Origin: Bacteroidota bacterium
Lineage (GTDB): Bacteria > Bacteroidota > Bacteroidia > Bacteroidales > UBA7960
Direction of reading: 5' to 3'
Assembly: GCA_037441525.1 (NCBI GenBank)
Contig: JBBISA010000001.1
Coordinates: 251,520 to 315,519 of the forward strand
Length of the DNA: 64,000 nucleotides
Notes under the pieces: model-generated
The model's input: the letters and a program-made list of their open reading frames with translations, nothing else
What the model was told of the DNA's origin: nothing
The model's database searches: none
Made by a program: the position numbers and the translations under genes
Shown here: positions 48,068 to 59,327 of the stretch, one piece after another
Layout: every line of letters begins with the position of its first letter
Numbering within the stretch: the first letter of the stretch is position 1

Positions 48068-50197
48068 ATGCCCCTTAGCACAATCCGATTCAATAAACTG
48101 TTAATCCTTCTTCTTTCAGGTATTGTTTTTCAATTAATACCACTTATAAGTTCCTTTGCACAATCAAACCCGGGCAACCTGACAGATACAGTTGTTAAAC
48201 CATTAACAAGACCCGCAAATATAGCAGTAAGTCGCCCAGACTCACTTGCAGGCGACTCACTCGACCCTTTCGGATTTCCCCTTCAGAATCCTCAACCGGT
48301 AAGACAACCTGTAAGACAGGTTATTTCACAACCCACCATTGTTGAACCCGACAGTCTTCCAGCATCTGCCATAAAATGGTTTACCGAAAGTCAGTTGCAA
48401 AACCCATTTGCCTTGCGCCCCAACTACATTGATACCACCCTGTTGGGTTTTCAGATGTATGATTATGCCTATCAGGGACATTATTTTGTTGCCCAAAAGG
48501 GAAATCCGGGACATGTTCATCGCCAGTTGTTGTATAACCCGCTTATGAATACAGGCCTGATTACCGGTGAAAGAGAACTTTATGGCAATTATATGTTTAC
48601 TCACGATAATCTTAAGTTCTACCGGCCAAAGCACGTTTTTACTGAAATGTGTTACATTATTGGAGGTGAACGGGAACAACTTTTCTTTGCCAATCATGCT
48701 CAAAAACTGAGCGATAACCTGAATATGAACTTTCAATACCGCCTGGTACATTCGCCCGGTGTTTATACCAGGATTGGAGCCAGAAATTCAGGTGTGTACC
48801 TTACGGCAGACTACCTTAGCCCCAATAAACGTTATCAGGTGCTGGGAAGCTTAATTACCAACCGTGTGCGGAGCCAGGAAAGCGGCGGGTTAAGAAATCT
48901 TCAGGCTTTTGAAACCGACAGAAATAGCGACAGCGTTTTTCTTTACCGCTCAGAAACCGTGGGACGCGAAACATCTTTTAACCTCCGGCATTTTTACCAA
49001 ACCGGATTTTATTTTACCGATAATGATGATAACACCAGGAAATTCCTGAACCTGGGGCGCATTAACCACGATTTTTCTTATACCCGAACTTCATTTGTAA
49101 TGAACGCGCCAGATAAAGACCGGGTGTTTTTTCCTTTTCCTGATTTCAGTATGGAAGATAACTACGATTCAACTTTTGTACATCGATTTGAAAATCAATT
49201 GTCGTGGTCAAATTTTCCGCTTAGTGGCGGAAGATTTAATTTTCCCTTCAACTTCAAACTCTATATTAAGAACAGCATTAACAGAATATTACAAACTGCT
49301 GACCGGCCCGAAGGAGCTCCCATTTTAAACGAAGACCGTAAGCGTATTTATTATTATACGCAGGATCAGTTTAATTCAGTAATTCAGGGAATTGAGCTGC
49401 AAAGCGATCAAAGGTTGCTTTTATCTTTTGGAGGATATGCCAATATTACCCTGGGAGGATACAATGACGATGACTTTCATGCCGGAGCCTTTTTAAGATT
49501 CGGTAAGCCCGATAAAAACTATTATCTGGAAGCGATGGCCAGGTACTCGCGTATGGAAGCCCCATACTTTTTGAACAAGTTTTCGGTAAATGACATAAGA
49601 TGGGACAATAATATTTCGAAAATGGATATTGCTAATGCCCGGGCCATTTTAACCCTTCCTTTCGTAAAACTTGAGGGCAATTATTACCTTATAAATCGTG
49701 CAATATACTTTGGCAAAGATTTCCTTCCCGTGCAAAACAATGATGAAACAGGATTTTTTAGTCTGGCTGCTTACAGCGATGTTAAGGCTGGCCCATTTGG
49801 TTTTCGGAACCATATCCTGCTTCAACAATCAACAGATAAAAATTTCGAACGCTATCCAACCCTGACGAGTTATCATTCGGTGTTTGCCAATTTTAACCTG
49901 TCAGATAAAGCACTGGTAAATCAGGTCGGGTTCGATTTCCATTTTAATACACCTTATAATGCCATGGCCTACAACCCCTTTATCAGAGGGTTTTATCTGC
50001 AAGATAGTTACACCAATGCTGGAAAATATATGGTTGATGTGTTCTGGAATGCCAAAATTAAAAATGCCCGTTTGTTCATAAAGTATCAAAACCTGCTACC
50101 CTTAGTTTTTAACATACCCCCCCATTACGATATTCCGTTTTACCCAATTCCTGAGTCAATGTTTAAATTTGGGGTTTCGTGGATGTTTTTTAATTAA
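48068..50197 (+). CDS. Putative porin / outer-membrane beta-barrel protein, function unknown
   Basis: 709 aa with a signal peptide ending ...ISSFAQS and a proline-rich linker with PQPVRQPVRQ. The rest is a long Tyr/Phe/Asn-rich beta pattern up to the C-terminus ...KFGVSWMFFN. Confidence 0.6.
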   Translation: MPLSTIRFNKLLILLLSGIVFQLIPLISSFAQSNPGNLTDTVVKPLTRPANIAVSRPDSLAGDSLDPFGFPLQNPQPVRQPVRQVISQPTIVEPDSLPASAIKWFTESQLQNPFALRPNYIDTTLLGFQMYDYAYQGHYFVAQKGNPGHVHRQLLYNPLMNTGLITGERELYGNYMFTHDNLKFYRPKHVFTEMCYIIGGEREQLFFANHAQKLSDNLNMNFQYRLVHSPGVYTRIGARNSGVYLTADYLSPNKRYQVLGSLITNRVRSQESGGLRNLQAFETDRNSDSVFLYRSETVGRETSFNLRHFYQTGFYFTDNDDNTRKFLNLGRINHDFSYTRTSFVMNAPDKDRVFFPFPDFSMEDNYDSTFVHRFENQLSWSNFPLSGGRFNFPFNFKLYIKNSINRILQTADRPEGAPILNEDRKRIYYYTQDQFNSVIQGIELQSDQRLLLSFGGYANITLGGYNDDDFHAGAFLRFGKPDKNYYLEAMARYSRMEAPYFLNKFSVNDIRWDNNISKMDIANARAILTLPFVKLEGNYYLINRAIYFGKDFLPVQNNDETGFFSLAAYSDVKAGPFGFRNHILLQQSTDKNFERYPTLTSYHSVFANFNLSDKALVNQVGFDFHFNTPYNAMAYNPFIRGFYLQDSYTNAGKYMVDVFWNAKIKNARLFIKYQNLLPLVFNIPPHYDIPFYPIPESMFKFGVSWMFFN

Positions 50198-50269
50198 CAA
50201 CTCTTCAATTTTCCTTGTTTATAATCGTTATAAATAAGAGAAACCTTAAAAGCAATAAAGATTTTTGAG

Positions 50270-50277
50270 TATTTTTG
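50270..50277 (+). promoter_or_regulatory. Candidate -7 box for nifJ/PFOR
   Basis: TATTTTTG lies 63 nt upstream of ATG 50340. Confidence 0.4.
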
Positions 50278-50339
50278 CGCCTCGAAACAGGTAATGTCAA
50301 ATGCCTTCAAAATAAGACCATTTTTATAATAATAAAATT

Positions 50340-53300
50340 ATGACAAAAAAGAAAAAGTTCATTACATGTGATGGAAACCACGCCGCTGCTCATGTGGCTT
50401 ATATGTTTAGTGAGGTAGCAGCGATTTACCCTATTACCCCCTCATCAAACATGGCAGAAAATGTTGACGAGTGGGCAGCCAACGGGCGCAAAAACATCTT
50501 TGGTGAGGAAGTAAAACTGGTTGAAATGCAATCGGAAGCCGGTGCAGCCGGTGCCGTACATGGTTCTTTGCAAGCTGGAGTTCTTACCAGCACCTATACC
50601 GCTTCGCAGGGATTATTGTTAATGATCCCCAATATGTACAAAATCGCCGGCGAATTATTACCCGGTGTATTCCATGTTTCGGCCCGTAGCCTTGCAGCTC
50701 AGGCCCTTTCTATTTTTGGCGACCACTCTGATGTAATGAGCACCCGCCAAACCGGCTTTGCTATGCTGGCAACCGGTAGTGTTCAGCAAATTATGGACAT
50801 TGCCCCAATTGCCCACCTGGCAGCCATCAAATCAAGGGTTCCCTTCCTGCATTTCTTTGATGGTTTCCGCACCTCACATGAAATTCAAAAGGTGGAAGAA
50901 TGTAATCAGGACGATCTTGTTAAAATGCTCGACATGGAAGCTTTGCAAGCTTTCCGCGAAAGAGCACTTAACCCTGAGCACCCTGTTACCCGCGGTACTG
51001 CTCAAAACCCCGATATCTATTTTCAGTCAAGGGAAGCTGCAAACCGTTTTTATGATGCATTGCCTGATCTTATTGAAGATTACATGCAGCAGATCAGCAA
51101 ATTAACTGGTCGTGAGTATCATCCGTTTACATATTATGGTGCTGCCGATGCTGAGCATGTTTTCGTGGCCATGGGCTCTATTACCGAAACAATTAAGGAA
51201 ACTATTGATTACCTGGTGGCAAAGGGTGAAAAAGTTGGCTTGGTAAGCGTTCATCTTTACAGACCATTCAGCACCAAATATTTCCTCAAGGTGATGCCTA
51301 AATCCGCCAAAGTTATTACTGTTCTCGATCGTACCAAAGAACCCGGAGCCAATGGCGATCCTCTCTATCTCGATGTTCGCGAGCTTTACTATGGCAAACC
51401 CAATGCTCCTGTTATTGTTGGTGGTCGATATGGTCTTAGTTCCAAAGACACTACACCCAAACATATGATCGCTGTTTATGAAAACAGCAAAATGAAAGAA
51501 CCAAAAAATCAGTTTACCGTTGGTATTAATGATGATGTTACCTTTAAATCTCTTGCAGTTGGTGATGAGATTGATGTTTCTCCTGCCGGTAACTACGCTG
51601 CCAAATTTTATGGATTGGGTTCTGATGGTACTGTTGGTGCTAACAAAAACTCCATTAAAATTATTGGCGATACCACCGACAAATATGCTCAGGGATATTT
51701 TAGCTACGACTCCAAGAAATCAGGCGGGATTACCGTTTCGCACCTGCGTTTCGGAGATTCACCCATCCGTTCGCCCTATCTGGTAAACTCTGCAAACTTT
51801 GTTGCCTGCCATGTACCCTCATATCTTGAAAAGTACGATATGCTGAAAGGCTTAAAGAAAGGTGGAACATTCCTCCTCAACTCTATCTGGGATGTGGAAG
51901 AAACCAAAAACCGTCTTCCCGACCACATGAAAAAATATTTGGCCGACAACGACATTAAGTTTTACATTATCAATGCTACCGCTATTGCTGAAGAAATAGG
52001 ACTTGGTAACCGTACTAATACCATCATGCAGTCAGCATTCTTTAAGGTAGCTGATGTAATTCCTTATGAGCTTGCCGTTAATGATATGAAAGATGCCATT
52101 AAAAAATCTTATGGCATGAAGGGTGAAGAGATTGTTAATATGAACAATGCCGCAGTTGATAAAGGGGGTGAAGCTATTAAGGTAGAAGTGCCTGCAGCCT
52201 GGAAAAGCATCAAAGTTCAACCCAAAGGTAAAAGAACCGACGTCCCTGAATTTATCAGCGATATCGTTTTCCCCATCTATTCTCTAAAAGGCGATGACCT
52301 CCCGGTAAGTGCATTCCTGAATCGCGAAGATGGTACATTCCCTGCCGGTACAACCGCCTACGAAAAGCGTGGTATCGCAGTGCACGTGCCCGAATGGCAA
52401 CTCGAAAACTGTATCCAGTGTAACCAATGTGCATATGTGTGCCCACATGCTGTAATCCGTCCCTTCCTTATCAACGATGAGGAGATGAAGAAAATTGGGG
52501 CTGACACACCGGTAATTGAAATTACCAAAGGTAAATTGGCCGGATACAAGTATCGTATGCAGGTTAGTCCTCTCGATTGTACCGGTTGTGGCAACTGTGC
52601 CGATGTGTGCCCTGCTCCTGAAAAGGCTCTCCTGATGAAAACCCTCGAATCGCAAATGATCGAAGACAGACGTTGGGATGTAATTTCTAAAAATGTAACC
52701 TATAAGGATACTCTTCAGGATAAAGGGTCTTCAGTTAAAAACAGCCAGTTTGCACAGCCTTTGTTTGAGTTTAGCGGTGCCTGCGCTGGTTGCGGCGAAA
52801 CTCCCTACATCAAACTCATTACCCAGCTATATGGCGATCGGATGATGGTAGCCAATGCAACAGGATGTTCTTCTATATATGGTGGTTCTGCTCCGGCAAC
52901 TCCATACACAATAAACGCCAAAGGCGAAGGCCCGGCATGGGCAAACTCTCTTTTCGAAGATAATGCCGAATATGGCTTTGGTATGGCTACTGGTGTTAGC
53001 AAAATTCGCGAACGTCTTGCACGTTTCATGCAGGTAGGACTTGAAGCCGACAATATGAAAGCAGAAACAAAGCAGGCGTTCAAAGCATGGCTCGATGCCA
53101 AGGATGATGCGTCTATGTCGAAAGAAGCATCTGAAAAGGTTGTGGATGCTTTGAAAAAAGAAAACAACCAGCTTTCAAAGGATATCATGGCCCTGAAGCA
53201 ATACCTGGTGAAAAAATCGGTCTGGGTATTTGGTGGCGACGGCTGGGCCTACGACATTGGTTTTGGTGGCCTTGACCATGTAATTGCCTCTGGCGAAGAT

Positions 53301-53879
53301 ATAAACCTGCTGGTAATGGATACCGAGGTTTATTCCAACACTGGTGGTCAGGCGTCAAAATCTACTCCGGTAGGTGCTATAGCCAAGTTTGCTGCCTCTG
53401 GTAAGCGTGTTCGCAAGAAAGATTTGGGTTTAATGGCTATGAGCTATGGTTATGTGTATGTTGCCCAGGTTGGTATGGGTGCCAATCAGAACCAGTTCCT
53501 GAAAGCAGTTCGCGAAGCAGAAGCATATCCTGGCCCTTCAGTGATAATTGCCTATTCACCTTGTATTAACCACGGCATCAGAAATGGTATGGGCTCAACC
53601 CAAACCCAAACCAAAGATGCCATAGAAGCAGGTTACTGGCACCTATATCGCTACAACCCGCTCCTGGAAGCCGAAGGTAAGAACCCGTTCCAACTCGATT
53701 CGAAAGAACCTGATTGGAAGAAGTTCCAGGAATTCCTTGCAAGTGAGGTACGCTACAGTTCACTCAAAAAAGCTTTCCCAAAAGAAGCTGTTGAACTCTT
53801 CAAAGCAGCCGAAACCAACGCCCGCTGGCGCTATGAAACTTACAAGCGCTACGCATCAATGGATTTTTCCAAGGTTTAA
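50340..53879 (+). CDS. nifJ: Pyruvate:ferredoxin (flavodoxin) oxidoreductase
   Basis: 1179 aa, single-chain PFOR. Ferredoxin motifs CIQCNQCAYVCPHA and CTGCGNCADVCP; TPP motif GGDGWAYDIGFGG. Confidence 0.96.
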   Translation: MTKKKKFITCDGNHAAAHVAYMFSEVAAIYPITPSSNMAENVDEWAANGRKNIFGEEVKLVEMQSEAGAAGAVHGSLQAGVLTSTYTASQGLLLMIPNMYKIAGELLPGVFHVSARSLAAQALSIFGDHSDVMSTRQTGFAMLATGSVQQIMDIAPIAHLAAIKSRVPFLHFFDGFRTSHEIQKVEECNQDDLVKMLDMEALQAFRERALNPEHPVTRGTAQNPDIYFQSREAANRFYDALPDLIEDYMQQISKLTGREYHPFTYYGAADAEHVFVAMGSITETIKETIDYLVAKGEKVGLVSVHLYRPFSTKYFLKVMPKSAKVITVLDRTKEPGANGDPLYLDVRELYYGKPNAPVIVGGRYGLSSKDTTPKHMIAVYENSKMKEPKNQFTVGINDDVTFKSLAVGDEIDVSPAGNYAAKFYGLGSDGTVGANKNSIKIIGDTTDKYAQGYFSYDSKKSGGITVSHLRFGDSPIRSPYLVNSANFVACHVPSYLEKYDMLKGLKKGGTFLLNSIWDVEETKNRLPDHMKKYLADNDIKFYIINATAIAEEIGLGNRTNTIMQSAFFKVADVIPYELAVNDMKDAIKKSYGMKGEEIVNMNNAAVDKGGEAIKVEVPAAWKSIKVQPKGKRTDVPEFISDIVFPIYSLKGDDLPVSAFLNREDGTFPAGTTAYEKRGIAVHVPEWQLENCIQCNQCAYVCPHAVIRPFLINDEEMKKIGADTPVIEITKGKLAGYKYRMQVSPLDCTGCGNCADVCPAPEKALLMKTLESQMIEDRRWDVISKNVTYKDTLQDKGSSVKNSQFAQPLFEFSGACAGCGETPYIKLITQLYGDRMMVANATGCSSIYGGSAPATPYTINAKGEGPAWANSLFEDNAEYGFGMATGVSKIRERLARFMQVGLEADNMKAETKQAFKAWLDAKDDASMSKEASEKVVDALKKENNQLSKDIMALKQYLVKKSVWVFGGDGWAYDIGFGGLDHVIASGEDINLLVMDTEVYSNTGGQASKSTPVGAIAKFAASGKRVRKKDLGLMAMSYGYVYVAQVGMGANQNQFLKAVREAEAYPGPSVIIAYSPCINHGIRNGMGSTQTQTKDAIEAGYWHLYRYNPLLEAEGKNPFQLDSKEPDWKKFQEFLASEVRYSSLKKAFPKEAVELFKAAETNARWRYETYKRYASMDFSKV

Positions 53880-53900
53880 TACTGTAAAGCAATAAATGTG

Positions 53901-53926
53901 AAAAGGCTGCCCGAGGGCAGCCTTTT
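53901..53926. terminator. Bidirectional hairpin terminator between convergent nifJ and hppA
   Basis: AAAAGGCTGCCC GA GGGCAGCCTTTT is a near-perfect palindrome, with an A-run on one side and a T-run on the other. Confidence 0.8.
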
Positions 53927-53964
53927 CTTGTAAATACAGATATGGTCAAAATTATGCTGAAAAT

Positions 53965-56238
53965 CTATAAACCGGTTCCTGCTAATACCAATGCTACTAT
54001 CGATACAAGTTTTAGCAAAATATTGAGCGAAGGACCAGAAGTATCCTTTAATGGATCACCAACTGTATCCCCTACAACAGATGCCCTATGGGCTTCAGAA
54101 CCTTTGCCATAATGCTTGTCCTGATAGATTAATCCTTTCTCAATAAGCTTTTTGGCATTGTCCCAGTACCCCCCGGCATTGGACTGAAAAATAGCAAATA
54201 ACACCCCAGAAACAGTTACCCCGGCCAGCAAACCACCCAGGGCTTCAGCCACCATCGACAAGCCCACAATAACCGGCATCGCTACCGAAAAAACCCCAGG
54301 CAAAATCATCTGCCGCAATGCAGCTCGGGTGGAAATGGTAACGCATCTTCCATATTGAGGAGTTCCTTCGGCCTGGTTCATGATTTCCTGATCTTTCTCG
54401 GTAAACATGGATTTGTGAGTTCCCATAGCCTCATTCCTTTTCATTACTTCAAGGGCTTTTTTTAGGGGTTCGATGGTGTTGAACTGGCGGCGTACCTCCT
54501 CAATCATCGACTGGGCAGCATCGCTAACTGCCTTAATGGTAAGGGCCGAAAACACATAAGGCATTAGGACACCGATAAACACAGCAGCCATAACTATCGG
54601 TTTGGAAACATCAATTGATTTGATTTCGGCGGCAGTCATGTAAGCCCCAAATAAAGCCAATGCCGTTAGGGCTGCCGAACCAATAGCAAAACCTTTTCCG
54701 ATGGCAGCAGTGGTATTGCCCACTGCATCAAGATTATCAGTTTTTTCGCGTACATCGGCCGGTAGCTCTGACATTTCAGCTATACCCCCCGCATTGTCTG
54801 ATAAAGGCCCAAACGCATCAACCGAAAGCTGAATACCAAGATTTGACAACATGCCAACTGCTGCGATTGCAATCCCATACAAACCGCTTAAATGAAACAC
54901 CACCACAATAGCGATAGCTATGGTTAGAATAGGGATAATGGTTGAAAGCATACCTATTCCCAATCCTGAAATGATATTGGTGGCACTACCTGAAGTTGAT
55001 TGACGTGCTATAATGCGCACCAGGAGGTATCCCAGCCCAGTGAAATACTCAGTGGAATATCCGATAATTAAACCGGCCACCAGACCTATCATTGATGCCA
55101 GGAAAATATTAAAAGAAGTAATTTCCCTTTCAACCTCGTACAATGTATCAAAAAACACCCATTTTTCGGGCAATAGATTCACTATGATAAAATAAGAAAA
55201 CAAAATCATAATACCTGATGAAACCAACTCTCCGAAATTAAGAGCCGTTTGAGGATTACCCCCTTCTTTCACCCTGACGAAGGAAGTTGCAAGAATAGAG
55301 GCTACAATTCCTGCCCCGGCAAGAAACAGTGGCAGTAATACCGGTGATAAGCCTGAGAAACTGTCAACCATTCGTGACCCGAAAACGAAAGCTGCACCAA
55401 GTACCATGGCAGCAATGATGGAACCTACATAGGATTCGTAAAGGTCGGCACCCATACCGGCAACATCGCCAACATTATCGCCAACATTATTGGCAACAGT
55501 GGCTCGGTTAAGGGGATGGTACTCAAGGATTCCTGCTTCCACTTTGCCCACAAGGTCAGCACCCACATCGGCGGCTTTGGTAAAAATCCCCCCCACCTAC
55601 CCTGCTAAAAAGGGCAATGGACGATGCACCAAAGGAAAAACCGGTCAGAATAGACAATACCTTATTCAGGCTGTTTACACTTTCTACCCCAAAAATAAAT
55701 CAACTGTAAACCAATATCAGGTCTAACATTAACTTTGTAAATGTATTTCAGGATTAACAATAAAAACTGTAAACTTTTTTCAGGACGAGACAAAAATACT
55801 AAGCCCCAGAATACCAAGACCAACAACACTCAATCCCATTACGCTGCCTCCTGTAAAGGCCACCTTAAGAGCTTTATTAAGGCTTGTGCGTGCGGCTTCG
55901 GTGGTTCGTACGTTTGAACGTGTTGCTATACGCAAACCAATAAAACCAGCCAGGCCTGAACAAAAAGCCCCGGCTACAAATGATACTGCAACCAGGGGAT
56001 GTGATGTGTCGGTTCCTGTGGTAAAGGCCAGAAGTGCTGCAACCGTAACAACAAAAATGGCCAGTATCTTATACTCAGCCGTTATAAAGGCCATAGCACC
56101 TTCCGAAATGTATTTGGCAATCTTCCGCATTTTGTCATTACCGTCGGGTTGCCGGTTTATCCAGGCAGTTTTATAATAGGTGAACAAAAGTGCCCCTATA
56201 CCAAAACAGGGATTAAATAAATGAATAGATTAGTCATA
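53965..56238 (-). pseudogene. hppA: Membrane H+-translocating pyrophosphatase, disrupted by at least three frameshifts
   Basis: C-terminal ORF 53965..55596 carries [60 protein letters not shown] and [22 protein letters not shown]-terminal ORF 55780..56187 carries AKYISEGAMAFITAEYKIL. The first 13 codons (ATG 56238, MTNLFIYLIPVLV) run into TAG at 56197-56199. Frame changes lie near 56200, 55785 and 55690. Confidence 0.85.
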
Positions 56239-56472
56239 CAATGCGTGTTTAGGTTTTAAGGGTTGAACTACTTTACTGAAATTGGGTTTTTATGCTTAAA
56301 TATAAATATTATGCTGTAAATTGCTAATTTTTGTTTCCTAAATGCATAAATTATTAAACTTAGGTCTTTACAGCCTTTAAAAATGTCCAAACACAGAAAA
56401 CGAATTTTTGTTTGAAGCCTGAAATCATTTTTTCGTAAACTTTTGAAGGTTCAATGTGCTGCTTTTATTAAT

Positions 56473-56480
56473 TATCTTTG
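56473..56480 (+). promoter_or_regulatory. Candidate -7 box for recR
   Basis: TATCTTTG overlaps the TTG (56478) that opens the listed ORF, so translation probably starts further downstream. Confidence 0.4.
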
Positions 56481-56513
56481 ACACCCGTAATAAAAATCCA
56501 GCAAAATAATACC

Positions 56514-57137
56514 TTGGAAAATTTTTCATCAAAACTTCTTCAAACGGCAGTAGATGAATTTGCCAAATTACCAGGCATTGGAAAAAAAACTTCCCTGAGA
56601 CTGGTTTTGCACATGCTCAGACAGGATGAAGCAGATGTTGAGCAGTTTGCCCATGCGATTACCCACTTGAGAAACAGTGTGATCTATTGCAAAAGGTGTT
56701 TCAATATAAGCGACCACGAAATCTGCGATATCTGCAACTCAACATCGCGCGACCATTCAATGGTGTGTGTTGTAGAAGATTTGCGCGACGTAATAGCCAT
56801 TGAAAATACCGGACAATTCCGGGGGCTTTACCACGTTTTGGGAGGGGTCATTTCGCCCATGGATGGCATTGGCCCTGGTGACCTGAATATTGAAACTTTG
56901 GTTCAAAGGGTGAATAAAGAAGAGATCAGAGAAATAATTCTTGCACTCAGCACCAGTATGGAGGGAGAAACAACTTCTTTCTACATTTATCGCCAATTAC
57001 AGAATTCAACTGTTAAACTGTCTGCAATTGCCCGCGGAATTGCCATTGGCGACCAGCTCGAATATGCAGATGAGATTACTCTTGGTCGCTCAATAATTAA
57101 CAGAACGCCCTATCTGGTAAGTATTACAGATAAATAG
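56514..57137 (+). CDS. recR: Recombination protein RecR
   Basis: HhH motif [18 protein letters not shown]4 zinc finger [17 protein letters not shown] and Toprim [14 protein letters not shown]. There is no in-frame ATG before the HhH motif. TTG 56514 gives (M)ENFSSKLL... and a family-typical 207 aa. The listed ORF starts at 56478. Confidence 0.85.
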   Translation: MENFSSKLLQTAVDEFAKLPGIGKKTSLRLVLHMLRQDEADVEQFAHAITHLRNSVIYCKRCFNISDHEICDICNSTSRDHSMVCVVEDLRDVIAIENTGQFRGLYHVLGGVISPMDGIGPGDLNIETLVQRVNKEEIREIILALSTSMEGETTSFYIYRQLQNSTVKLSAIARGIAIGDQLEYADEITLGRSIINRTPYLVSITDK

Positions 57138-57148
57138 TAAACACACCC

Positions 57149-59107
57149 ATGAAACTATCGGTTATTATTGTCAATTACAACGTGAAATTTTTTCTTGAAC
57201 AATGCCTTAAATCGGTTTACAATGCCGGTAAAGGAATTGAAATGGAAGTATTTGTGGTTGATAATAATTCGGTTGATGGCTCTGTGGCCATGATTAGAGA
57301 TAAATTTCCTGAAACCATCCTGATATCCAACCGCGAAAACCTTGGTTTCAGTAAGGCCAACAATCAGGCAATCAGGCAAGCCAACGGAGAATATATTCTT
57401 TTACTCAATCCCGACACCATTGTAGAAGATGATACATTCCGAAAGGTAGTTGATTTTATGGATACAACCCCCGATGCTGGCGCACTTGGGGTTAGAATGA
57501 TTGACGGGCAGGGGGTTTTTCTTCCTGAATCGAAGAGAGGCTTGCCAACTCCGGCAATAGCTTTCTACAAAATATCGGGCCTTGCAGCGCTTTTCCCCCG
57601 CTCACGAACCTTTGGCAGGTACCACCTGGGCTTTCTCGACCAAAACAAAATACACCAGGTTGAGATACTTTCAGGAGCCTTTATGTTGCTGCGAAAATCG
57701 GTGTTAGACATTACCGGACCTCTCGATGAAACCTTTTTTATGTATGGCGAAGATATAGACCTTTCGTGGCGAATAATTCAGGCAGGTTTTAAAAACTATT
57801 ACTTCCCCGAAACGCGGATTATTCACTACAAAGGCGAAAGCACAAAAAAAAGCAGCATAAACTATGTGTTTATATTTTACAATGCCATGGTAATATTTGC
57901 CCGCAAACATTTTTCAAGGCAAAATGCCCGCGCTTTTTCATTGTTGATAAACATTGCTATTTATTTTAGAGCATTTTTGGCTATCCTCAACCGATTCTTG
58001 CGTCGTATCCTTACTCCTTTAATTGACATCGGGATAATATTTACAGGGTTATATTATCTTACCGATTACTGGCAAACTCAAATCTTTGGTCCTCTGCAGA
58101 AATATTATCCCCCTGAATTCCTTAGTGTTATAGTGCCCATCTATATTCTGATTTGGCTTTTTTCAGTTTATATAAGCGGAGGGTACGATAAACCTGTCAA
58201 ATTGTTGCGGATTGTAAGGGGTATTGCCCTTGGAACAATAGTAATTCTGGTCATCTATGCCCTTTTACCTTTAACATTGAGGTTTTCGAGAGCGCTTATA
58301 TTAATGGGGAGTACCTGGGCCCTGACGAGCATGCTACTAACAAGGGTATTCTGGCATTTTATAAAGTATCGCAACTTAAATCTAAGTGCCCATGCAAACA
58401 AACGAATCATAATTGCCGGAAAAGGGAATGAGCCGGAAAGAGTGGCAATGATGCTCAGGCAAAGCGGCAGCAATGCATTTATAGGTTTGGTAGGGTCAGA
58501 AAGCCAAATAAGCGGGAAAGCTGGCTTTTTGGGTACTATTGACCAACTAGATCAGATAATCGAGGTATATGATATTAATGAGATAATTTTTTGCGCCAGT
58601 GAATTATCTTCACAGGAAATAATTTCTTTAATGTCAGGATTAAAGGACAAGCCTGTAAACTTTAAAATTGCACCTCCTGAAAGTCTTTTTATTATCGGTA
58701 GCAATTCCATCGATACTTTTGGTGATTTTTTCACAATAGACATAAATGCTATAAATCATACTGCCAACAAGCGCAATAAAAAGCTTTTTGATTTTTTTAC
58801 TGCAGGAGTCCTGTTTATTTTTTATCCTGCGGCGGCAATTATTGTAAAAAATCCACTTGGCCTGCTCAAAAACATTCTTCAGATAATAATCCAGCAGAAA
58901 ACATGGGTAGGATATTTTCCCCATCCCGATAACAGCAAATTGCCTTCATTGAAAAAATCTGTTCTGAATCCAGCCGATATGTTTTCAAAAATGGAGCTTG
59001 ACCCTTCCACACTATCAAATCTCAATACGTTGTATGCTAAAGATTTCAGGCTCGAAAACGATTTACGCATCATCCTGAAATCGTTTCGCAATCTTGGCAG
59101 GAGGTAA
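57149..59107 (+). CDS. Family-2 glycosyltransferase fused to a polytopic membrane / sugar-transferase-like C-terminal region
   Basis: 652 aa. GT2 motifs LSVIIVNYN, VVDNNSVDGS and LLLNPDT, followed by about 6 TM helices. The C-terminal part resembles polyprenyl-phosphate sugar transferases, but that assignment is only weak. Confidence 0.75.
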   Translation: MKLSVIIVNYNVKFFLEQCLKSVYNAGKGIEMEVFVVDNNSVDGSVAMIRDKFPETILISNRENLGFSKANNQAIRQANGEYILLLNPDTIVEDDTFRKVVDFMDTTPDAGALGVRMIDGQGVFLPESKRGLPTPAIAFYKISGLAALFPRSRTFGRYHLGFLDQNKIHQVEILSGAFMLLRKSVLDITGPLDETFFMYGEDIDLSWRIIQAGFKNYYFPETRIIHYKGESTKKSSINYVFIFYNAMVIFARKHFSRQNARAFSLLINIAIYFRAFLAILNRFLRRILTPLIDIGIIFTGLYYLTDYWQTQIFGPLQKYYPPEFLSVIVPIYILIWLFSVYISGGYDKPVKLLRIVRGIALGTIVILVIYALLPLTLRFSRALILMGSTWALTSMLLTRVFWHFIKYRNLNLSAHANKRIIIAGKGNEPERVAMMLRQSGSNAFIGLVGSESQISGKAGFLGTIDQLDQIIEVYDINEIIFCASELSSQEIISLMSGLKDKPVNFKIAPPESLFIIGSNSIDTFGDFFTIDINAINHTANKRNKKLFDFFTAGVLFIFYPAAAIIVKNPLGLLKNILQIIIQQKTWVGYFPHPDNSKLPSLKKSVLNPADMFSKMELDPSTLSNLNTLYAKDFRLENDLRIILKSFRNLGRR

Positions 59108-59327
59108 TAGTTTTTTAAAGGATTAGGCCAGGCATTAAACCTTTTTTTCATAAAGTTGTTAAAAGTGCGGTTTCTAATGGCCAGCAGAACTATTCCTAGA
59201 TAACCATTGTTGCAGGTTGTTATGGTTTCTATTACTATCTGGCTTGTATACCAATTCAACAAAACAATTTAAAGTATTAAATTCCAAATCATAAACTTGT
59301 TAGTCGAACTCGAAAAAAGATTTTTAC

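Noticed and set aside
55597-55779. The gap in hppA as an inserted mobile element, intein or programmed frameshift
   Set aside because: The gap is only ~180 nt, and in a third frame it still encodes plausible hydrophobic PPase-like sequence. There are no repeats or transposase remnants. A further frameshift at the N-terminus and missense changes at invariant residues fit decay better.
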